Shown here piece after piece: positions 56,988 to 64,000 of a DNA stretch of 64,000 nucleotides (the first letter of the stretch is position 1; each line of letters begins with the position of its first letter). Under the pieces are notes generated by a model, which ran no database searches, was not told where the DNA came from, and saw only the letters and a program-made list of their open reading frames with translations. The stretch spans positions 160,001 through 224,000 of the forward strand of contig JBHLNF010000003.1 of NCBI GenBank assembly GCA_048937405.1, read 5' to 3'. Position numbers and translations under genes: made by a program. This DNA comes from Promethearchaeota archaeon. GTDB taxonomy: Archaea > Asgardarchaeota > Lokiarchaeia > Sigyniarchaeales > SOKP01.

Positions 56988-59960
56988 ATGAAAATAATAA
57001 AAAAAAAGCAATTTGAGATCCTATTCTTAATAATATCTTTGAATGCATTATTTGTTTCAGCACTATTTACATATCAAGTAATACCTGGTTTTAAGCAATT
57101 CGCGCCAATAAATCCAGAGGTCAATAATTTTCCCAGTGATCTTGATAGAAGACAATTTTTTTCAAATGTTAAAAGTAATAACCTATTATCAAAGCAAAAA
57201 AATAATCAAGATTTATTGGAGAAAAGAGAATTAGAACCAGGTTGTGCAGAGATTAATTTATTAAAATCCACTAATGATGGAATTGAAATAGAATTTTTAT
57301 TAACTGACTTGATAATTGAAAATATAAGTTCGTCTGCTGGAGACCTTTATCAGAAATTAAATCTAGTTGGGGGTGGATATTTAGCTGATATTGGGAAACC
57401 GGAGTTACCTACAAAAGGGATCTATTTAGATATCCCAGAAGATGTTGAAATTGAGTTAAATGTGAAAAGTACTGAATTTCATGAAGAAGAAGGATATAAT
57501 ATTTATCCATGCCAACCTTCTAGTTTAGATTACGAAAATGAGATAAAATCATTGGAGAAGGATATGGAAACATATCAGATTGATTCCTTTTACCCAAATG
57601 AAATCACTGGAATTATAGATATAGGAATAATACGATCACATCATTCTATTCTTTTAATCATTTGTCCAGTTAGATATAATCCTGTTGAACAAAAAATTAG
57701 ATTATATACCAAGATTTTAATTGAAATAAATTATTCTCCATTAAATTCCGATTCTATGGACTCGACTTCAAATGTGAGAAGTAGATCAAAATATGTTTCA
57801 AAGGTTTTTGAATCTATGTTTGAAGATGTTTTTCTTAATTATCAATCTCCCTCTGACTTTGAGTATGTTCATCATTTATCAAATGGAGTTGGTGGAGATG
57901 ATTTTGATGGAGCAGATTATCTTATTGTTACTCCTGATCAATTTTATGAAAGTATTCTACCTCTCGCGCAAAATAAAGAATTAAAAGGACTTACAACTGC
58001 AATTGTTAATTTATCAACTATAGGTGTAAGTCCAAGTGCCGATAATATTAGTGATTATATTCAAAACGCATATGATACATGGGATCCTGTCCCTACATAT
58101 GTGCTTTTAGTTGGTGATACTGATTTTTTACCTGTACATTACAAAAATCAACATCCTTATTATACATCACAATTGGTAGCAAGTGATCTTTATTATTCAA
58201 CGGTAGATGGAAGTGATTATTTTCCAGATTTATTTGTTGGAAGATTACCAGTTCAAACTAACGATGAATTAGATATAATAGTTGATAAAATTGTAAATTA
58301 TGAAGAGAATATAGATCCTGCGGATACTTGGCGTAATAAGGTGTTATTGGCAGCTTATGAACAATCAGGAAGATTTTTTATTAACACTTCTGAACAAATT
58401 AGACAATATCTTGAAACAGAAGGATTTATTTGCGATACAGTCTATACAGGTGGATCATATACAGGAACAACAGCAGATATAATAAATTGTATTAATGAGG
58501 GCACATTTCTAGTAAATCATCGAAACCATGGCGATGTTGATGGTTGGTCTAACCCAAGATTCGATATTTCAGATATAAATTCACTCACTAATGGAGATAT
58601 GCTCCCTGTTATGTTTTCGATTAATTGTTTAAGTGGATGTTTTGATCAAATGCAAGACTGCTTTGGAGAGGCAATATTAAAAGCAGAAAATAAAGGAGTA
58701 GTTGGATATATCGGTTCGACAAGAGTGAGTTATAGTGGCTATAATGATGAACTAGACAAGGGATTAATAACATCTATTTGGCCTGAATTTACTTCAGGTT
58801 ATACTAATTATGTAGGAAATTCTGATAAATTAGGACCAATTTTAAATTTTGGGAAAATTTATATGTATGATAAATATGTACTTACAGGAGGTTCATACTA
58901 TGGCTGGACTCCAACTCCTGAAGTAACTCTATGCGAATTTGAAGAATTCAATCTTTTAGGTGATCCTGAATTTTCTTTATTTCCTTCTAGACCAATAAAT
59001 AATCCACCATATACACCAACTAATCCCTTCCCTCCTAATGGAACCGTTGGAATTCCCACCAATACAATTCTAAGTGTAGATGTATCAGATCCCGAAGGTG
59101 ATAGCATGAATATCTCATTTTACGACGCTTCTGATGATAGCTTGATAAACTCTACGTATGGAGTACTTAGTGGGGGAACAGCCGAAATTAATTGGTTTGG
59201 GCTTAACGGAAATACTAACTATCAATGGTATGTGATTATTAATGATGGCAAAAATATTACTCAATCAGGAACATGGTCGTTTACTACTGAAAATAATGCT
59301 CCTGATGCCCCATCTAATCCCACTCCTATAGATGGTGCTATTGGTGTGTCTGTTAATCCTACATTAAGTGTAGATATATCAGATCCAGATAATGATACCA
59401 TGAGTATCTCATTTTATGATGCTTCTGACGATAGCTTGATAAATTCTATGTATGGAGTAATTAGTGGGGGAACTGCTTCTACTGGTTGGTTTGGGCTTTC
59501 AGAAGGCAAAATTTATGGTTGGTATGTAATAGTTACAGATGGATCTTCTTCTACAACCTCATCTATATGGAAGTTTACTATTTTAAATAACGATCCTATC
59601 TGGGATCAACTCATCACAGACCAAATTATTGAATATGGAAATTCTCTTAATTATGATATAAATGCTTCCGATTTATCAGGTATTGCATCATATTGGGTTA
59701 ATGATACAACTAATTTTTATATCGATGGTAATGGTATCTTGATTAATACATCAATACTAACTCCTGGAACTTATTGGTTAGAAATAAGAGCTTATGATCC
59801 ATACGATAACTATTGTACCAAAATTTTTAGTATTATAGTAGAAGAACCTGAAGAACCGATAGATCTTGGAATTCCCGGATTTAATATAATTATTCTAATC
59901 AGTTCGATTTCTGTTATTTTTTTGATATTGATAAAAACTAAGAAGAAATACCTAAATTAA
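56988..59960 (+). CDS. Secreted gingipain-like C25 cysteine peptidase with two FN3/Ig-like repeats and IPGF-TM-Lys sorting tail
   Basis: GKPELP propeptide, YVLLVGD, SDLYY, VGRLP, NHRNHG (His), SINCLSG (Cys), NLLGDP; C-terminus GIPGFNIIILISSISVIFLILIKTKKK. Confidence 0.85.
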   Translation: MKIIKKKQFEILFLIISLNALFVSALFTYQVIPGFKQFAPINPEVNNFPSDLDRRQFFSNVKSNNLLSKQKNNQDLLEKRELEPGCAEINLLKSTNDGIEIEFLLTDLIIENISSSAGDLYQKLNLVGGGYLADIGKPELPTKGIYLDIPEDVEIELNVKSTEFHEEEGYNIYPCQPSSLDYENEIKSLEKDMETYQIDSFYPNEITGIIDIGIIRSHHSILLIICPVRYNPVEQKIRLYTKILIEINYSPLNSDSMDSTSNVRSRSKYVSKVFESMFEDVFLNYQSPSDFEYVHHLSNGVGGDDFDGADYLIVTPDQFYESILPLAQNKELKGLTTAIVNLSTIGVSPSADNISDYIQNAYDTWDPVPTYVLLVGDTDFLPVHYKNQHPYYTSQLVASDLYYSTVDGSDYFPDLFVGRLPVQTNDELDIIVDKIVNYEENIDPADTWRNKVLLAAYEQSGRFFINTSEQIRQYLETEGFICDTVYTGGSYTGTTADIINCINEGTFLVNHRNHGDVDGWSNPRFDISDINSLTNGDMLPVMFSINCLSGCFDQMQDCFGEAILKAENKGVVGYIGSTRVSYSGYNDELDKGLITSIWPEFTSGYTNYVGNSDKLGPILNFGKIYMYDKYVLTGGSYYGWTPTPEVTLCEFEEFNLLGDPEFSLFPSRPINNPPYTPTNPFPPNGTVGIPTNTILSVDVSDPEGDSMNISFYDASDDSLINSTYGVLSGGTAEINWFGLNGNTNYQWYVIINDGKNITQSGTWSFTTENNAPDAPSNPTPIDGAIGVSVNPTLSVDISDPDNDTMSISFYDASDDSLINSMYGVISGGTASTGWFGLSEGKIYGWYVIVTDGSSSTTSSIWKFTILNNDPIWDQLITDQIIEYGNSLNYDINASDLSGIASYWVNDTTNFYIDGNGILINTSILTPGTYWLEIRAYDPYDNYCTKIFSIIVEEPEEPIDLGIPGFNIIILISSISVIFLILIKTKKKYLN
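58998..59590 (+). repeat. Two tandem ~98-aa Ig/FN3-like repeats within the C25 protease
   Basis: NNPPYTPTNP...SFYDASDDSLINSTYGVLSGGTA...WSFTT versus NAPDAPSNP...SFYDASDDSLINSMYGVISGGTA...WKFTI. Confidence 0.85.
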
Positions 59961-60151
59961 TTAACTTCATTTTTTTCTCTTTAATTTTTATCTATATATC
60001 CTACATTATAAATTATTAAAATTAGAAAAGATAATTCTCTCCAAGAAAAATCAAATGATATAAAATTCCTATTGGATTTATTCAAATATTCATTTAAATT
60101 AATATTTGATAATATTTAATTTGGGTAAAATAATTTTTAAGAGTTAAACTG

Positions 60152-60964
60152 ATGATATTAGAAGAAACTGTTGACTTAATTAAGCAAATTTACAAGATTA
60201 ATCAAATTATATTTCCCAAAATAAATAATGTTGTAGTTGGCTTAGGATATACTTGTGTAGAAGTTTATGTTCATGCTCATAAATCTTTTCTAGGCTTAGC
60301 ATCAATTTTACCAAATGTAATTACCAATACAGATTGTAGTAAAATCAATTTTGCTGGTGAACTTACAAATTATTCGATAGAGGAGCTTTTAAATTGGTCC
60401 TTTGAAGCACCTAATCTGAAAAAAATTATAGGGATCGCAGCATTGAATGCTGTTTCTCAACATGTTTTAAAATTTATGAACACTTATAGAAAAGTTGAAA
60501 ATAACATACTGAAGCTACTTAATATCCATGAAACTACCAAGGTAACGTTCATCGGATTAATGAAACCGATAATAAGAAATATTGCTGAAACCTCAAAACA
60601 AATTACAATCATAGAAGATTCAATATCAATATCACCAGAATTTAAGAAATTTAAAAATACAAATAATCTTAACCAATTAGAGGAAAATGATCTACATACG
60701 GATATATTATTTTGCACAGGATCTGCATTAATAAATAATACCCTTGAATCAATCTTGGAAAAATTTAAAAGAAAAGCTCAGAAAATAATTTTAATTGGTC
60801 CAACTGCGAGTTTGATTCCCGATATTTTATTCGATTATGGAGTAGATATAGTTTGTGGAATGGAAATCTTTGATTCCAGAGCAACAATGAAAGTTGTGCA
60901 AGAAGGAGGAGGTACTAAATTATTTAAAAAATATGGAAAAAAATATAACTTAATTAAGGATTAA
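60152..60964 (+). CDS. DUF364-family (Rossmann-like, putative heavy-metal chelation) protein
   Basis: GLGYTCV, IGIAALNA.SQ, TGSALINNTLE.IL, GPTAS..PD.LF..GV, EGGG. Confidence 0.75.
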   Translation: MILEETVDLIKQIYKINQIIFPKINNVVVGLGYTCVEVYVHAHKSFLGLASILPNVITNTDCSKINFAGELTNYSIEELLNWSFEAPNLKKIIGIAALNAVSQHVLKFMNTYRKVENNILKLLNIHETTKVTFIGLMKPIIRNIAETSKQITIIEDSISISPEFKKFKNTNNLNQLEENDLHTDILFCTGSALINNTLESILEKFKRKAQKIILIGPTASLIPDILFDYGVDIVCGMEIFDSRATMKVVQEGGGTKLFKKYGKKYNLIKD

Positions 60965-61101
60965 GTTGTTTTATTTTATTGTAGTTTTTCAACTATTTTC
61001 ATATCGTTTCGAATAGGAATAGAATAATAATTATAATTACATTACTTTAATTTTAATAAATTTAAGGATTTTATTTAATTGGTTAGGATGGTACATAAAA
61101 A

Positions 61102-61632
61102 ATGTCTCAACTAATATACACTTTTAAAACAATAATAATTGGTCCAGCAGCAGTAGGAAAATCTAGTCTTATACGTAGATTTGTAGAAAATAAATTTTCT
61201 TTACATTATAAATTCACGATTGGGGTTGATTTTTTAACAAAAGAGGTTGAATTCGAAACAGGAAAGATTTCTAAACTTACATTGTGGGATATAGGTGGAC
61301 AAGACCGTTTTAAGGTATTGCGTAAAAGTTTTTATGAAGGAACCAATGGAGCGATTGCTGTATTTGATCTTTCAAGAGCTCAAACTTTTTCAAAAATGAA
61401 AGAATGGGTCTCAGATGCTCGTCAAACTATTGAAACTAATTTTCCGGTTGTTATAATTGGTAATAAATCTGATTTAATTCCGGATATTGGGTTAGTTATT
61501 GATCGAAATGAGGTTAAACAATTCGCTGAGAAAGAAAAAACTATATATATTGAAACTTCTGCTAAAACAGGAGATAATGTTGAAGAAGCTTTTCTTGAAC
61601 TTACAAAACGAATGATAAAAGAATGTTCCTAG
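61102..61632 (+). CDS. Rab-like small GTPase (Ras superfamily)
   Basis: G1 GPAAVGKS, G2 TIGVDF, G3 WDIGGQ, G4 NKSD, G5 ETSAK. Confidence 0.92.
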   Translation: MSQLIYTFKTIIIGPAAVGKSSLIRRFVENKFSLHYKFTIGVDFLTKEVEFETGKISKLTLWDIGGQDRFKVLRKSFYEGTNGAIAVFDLSRAQTFSKMKEWVSDARQTIETNFPVVIIGNKSDLIPDIGLVIDRNEVKQFAEKEKTIYIETSAKTGDNVEEAFLELTKRMIKECS

Positions 61633-61845
61633 TTCTTAAGTAAGATAAAATTTACTATTACCTTAGTTTAACCATATATTTTTTATTTTTTTTAATATCC
61701 ATAAATCTACTAATTTTGTTCTCTAAGCTATTTTATTTAATTTTTTGCAGATTTGGGATAGATTTCAATTTGAATATCTAATAACATGAATATAAATTGA
61801 TGAATTCTTATTCTTAGTCTATATAGAAAATTATATTGTTTTCTA

Positions 61846-62370
61846 ATGACGGAATATACCTTTAAGATACTAGTTATTGGACCTGCTGCAGTAGGAAAAT
61901 CTAGTTTAATACGACGATTTGTTGATAATGAGTTTTCATTACAATATAAATTCACTATTGGTGTGGATTTTATGACAAAGAATATTATTAATAGACAAAA
62001 TCAAAGTATTAGACTAACTATTTGGGATATAGGGGGCCAAGATCGATTCAAAGTATTACTCCGGAGTTTTTACGATGGTGCTCATGGGGCAATTGTAGTT
62101 TTTGATCTCTCAAGACCTTATACATATTTAAAGATGAAAGATTGGATTTCTGATATGTACAAAATAATGCAAAAAAGAATTCCTATTGTGATACTAGGAA
62201 ATAAACTTGATCTGATAAGTGAAATTGGTGAAACAATAGATCGAAATGAACTTTTTCAATATACTGAAAAAGAACGTTATTTTTATTTAGAAACATCTGC
62301 TAAAACAGGTGAAAATGTAGAAAATGCTTTTACAGAAATTACTCAAAGAATTTTAGATAAAAATTATTAA
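61846..62370 (+). CDS. Rab-like small GTPase (Ras superfamily)
   Basis: GPAAVGKS, TIGVDF, WDIGGQ, NKLD, ETSAK. Confidence 0.92.
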   Translation: MTEYTFKILVIGPAAVGKSSLIRRFVDNEFSLQYKFTIGVDFMTKNIINRQNQSIRLTIWDIGGQDRFKVLLRSFYDGAHGAIVVFDLSRPYTYLKMKDWISDMYKIMQKRIPIVILGNKLDLISEIGETIDRNELFQYTEKERYFYLETSAKTGENVENAFTEITQRILDKNY

Positions 62371-62507
62371 TTTTTAATCTTAAAAAGTTCGTTTTATAAT
62401 GATTAAAATGAATTAAAGGCATTTTTTTTTTCTATTTAAATTCAATGGTTTAGAAAATTTTAAAATATCAAACTAAGATAATTTAATAAAAGTAGCTTTG
62501 ATACAAA

Positions 62508-63044
62508 ATGACGCTTTATGTATTTAAAGTTTTAATAATAGGGCCAGGAGCAGTAGGGAAAACTTCACTTTTACACAGATTTGTGGAAAATAAGTTCTCT
62601 TTTCGGTATAAATTAACGATTGGAGCGGATTTTTTAGCTAAAGTTATTCAAGATCATCCAAAACCAGGATCAACAATAAAAATGCAAATTTGGGATATTG
62701 GAGGTCAAGAACGATATAAATTCCTAAGATCCAGCTTTTTTGATGGTGCCAATGGAGCCCTAATAGTATTCGATTTATCTCGATGGCATACATTTGAAGA
62801 AATTGATGAATGGTTATCAGATTTATATGAATATGCAGGTAAAGATGTTCCTTTTGCGTTAATTGGAAATAAGGCAGATCTAATTAACTCAAAAGACGAA
62901 CTTTATGAACGAGAAAGCGCACAAGTATTTGCTAAGAAAGAAAAAACATTTTATGTTGAAACTTCTGCAAAAACAGGCGAAAAAGTAGAGGATGCTTTCT
63001 TGAATTTGGCAGAATTAATGATTAAAAAGATTAATCCTGATTAA
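62508..63044 (+). CDS. Rab-like small GTPase (Ras superfamily)
   Basis: GPGAVGKT, TIGADF, WDIGGQ, NKAD, ETSAK. Confidence 0.92.
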   Translation: MTLYVFKVLIIGPGAVGKTSLLHRFVENKFSFRYKLTIGADFLAKVIQDHPKPGSTIKMQIWDIGGQERYKFLRSSFFDGANGALIVFDLSRWHTFEEIDEWLSDLYEYAGKDVPFALIGNKADLINSKDELYERESAQVFAKKEKTFYVETSAKTGEKVEDAFLNLAELMIKKINPD

Positions 63045-63053
63045 ATTGTTTGT

Positions 63054-64000
63054 TTAATCTAATATTTTAAGCAATGCAAATGATATAATATTTGTATAAA
63101 ATTTGGATTTATTCTTTTTAATCATCTCATTTTTAAGATCTTCATATTCAAATGAAATATCATCCAATTTCCTTTTGGTTAAGATGATATCCTTGTTAAT
63201 AAAATTAATTTCTTCTTCTAATTTTTTGATATCATTTAATCGCTCTTGCTTTTTTACTGCATCTGTTATTTTTTCTATATTATGGAGTTGCCGAGCAGTT
63301 GGTTTTTTATTATTATTTCTTTCCAATCTTTGATTTAATGATTCAAGTTTAAGATTTAAAGATCTTTTTTTATAAGAATAAATTTTTTCTTTTTTTTTCA
63401 TTTCTTGAACAAAGATTTTATCGTTTAGATCTTTAATCTCTCTTTTCCAGTTTGATGTTTTAGATTTTATAATTTTTTTTGCTTTTTGTTGGAGTTCACT
63501 TATGACGTTATAATCTAATGATATCATCTCTGGAGGATCATTGAATAATAAAATCTCATTGAAATTTTCGATATTTAGAATTTTATCTGATAAATTTACA
63601 ATTTCATTACCAGTGTCACCGATAACTATTGCAAAAATTTGATTTTCGATTATATAACCCTGAAATTTTACTGAAAAAATAAATAGATATAACTCATCGG
63701 TATTGATTGGTTTTAAATCCAATAATTTTTCCAATTCTTTCTTTTTAAGATATAAAACACTAAAATTGCCATGAAATGATTTATTTTTAATAAAATCTAA
63801 AATGCTATTAATTAAAGGATGTCCTAAGGCAAAAAAATCAATTTCCTCTTTTTTCCTGGCAAGATCAAGATCAAATGTTCCAATATACTCATTTGAAACG
63901 TTAAAAATGAAATTTTTTAATAAACTATCTTTAACTTCTATTCTTGATTTAAATTCATTATTTTTTTTCCCATCTTCAGAACCATCATATATATCTTCAA
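63054..64000 (-). CDS. C-terminal part of a RapA/HepA-like SNF2 helicase (partial; frame is open to the window edge)
   Basis: Frame of ORF 63054..63734 has no stop up to 63998 and includes YIGTFDLDLARKKEEIDFFALGHPLINSIL, resembling the RapA C-terminal TFDR..A...E...F....HP motif, followed by a coiled coil. Confidence 0.6.
   Translation of the reverse strand, partial: EDIYDGSEDGKKNNEFKSRIEVKDSLLKNFIFNVSNEYIGTFDLDLARKKEEIDFFALGHPLINSILDFIKNKSFHGNFSVLYLKKKELEKLLDLKPINTDELYLFIFSVKFQGYIIENQIFAIVIGDTGNEIVNLSDKILNIENFNEILLFNDPPEMISLDYNVISELQQKAKKIIKSKTSNWKREIKDLNDKIFVQEMKKKEKIYSYKKRSLNLKLESLNQRLERNNNKKPTARQLHNIEKITDAVKKQERLNDIKKLEEEINFINKDIILTKRKLDDISFEYEDLKNEMIKKNKSKFYTNIISFALLKILD

Noticed and set aside
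61618-61632. C-terminal KECS of the first GTPase as a prenylation signal
   Set aside because: A single Cys at position -2 fits neither CaaX nor CC/CXC, there is no hypervariable linker, and the paralogs lack it
480-63333. Many short ORFs in the track antisense to or nested in long genes (e.g. 480..815, 4725..5042, 41620..41970, 48978..49436, 61737..61955)
   Set aside because: They are shadow ORFs overlapping well-supported genes and have no recognisable motifs
1-64000. tRNA, rRNA, transposase or integrase genes
   Set aside because: No GC-rich cloverleaf or rRNA-like tract and no DDE or tyrosine recombinase motifs seen by eye; a tRNAscan/Infernal run would be needed to exclude them formally

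Overview
AT-rich (visually about 30% GC) archaeal chromosomal segment, very likely from a Lokiarchaeia/Promethearchaeia (Asgard) genome. The evidence is three tandem Rab-like GTPases, a longin-like domain, IPG(F/Y)-TM-Lys C-terminal sorting tails and expanded PAS histidine kinases. From left to right: the end of an ABC transporter operon; an acyl-CoA dehydrogenase; an array of PAS-histidine kinase/receiver pairs with module shuffling and decay (3.6-17.3 kb); a dispersed arginine/ornithine/proline catabolic cluster (arginine synthetase ArcE-like, tungsten AOR, proline-dehydrogenase-like alpha/beta, OTC, carbamate kinase, ornithine aminotransferase; 14.5-30.3 kb); a minus-strand block with a Toll-like-receptor-shaped protein (beta-helix ectodomain, TM, degenerate HEPN-like, TIR), a large coiled-coil protein and a RelA/SpoT-like + TPR + SLOG + longin-like fusion, with an unannotated 55-aa Cys-rich gene on the plus strand between them (30.5-40.6 kb); housekeeping/accessory enzymes; two gingipain-like C25 surface proteases; three small GTPases; and the C-terminus of a RapA/SNF2-like helicase. 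I saw no rRNA, tRNA, CRISPR array or transposase. The best candidates for a new system are the TIR receptor plus SLOG fusion neighbourhood and the ArcE-centred arginine pathway. All domain calls come from motif recognition by eye, not database searches.
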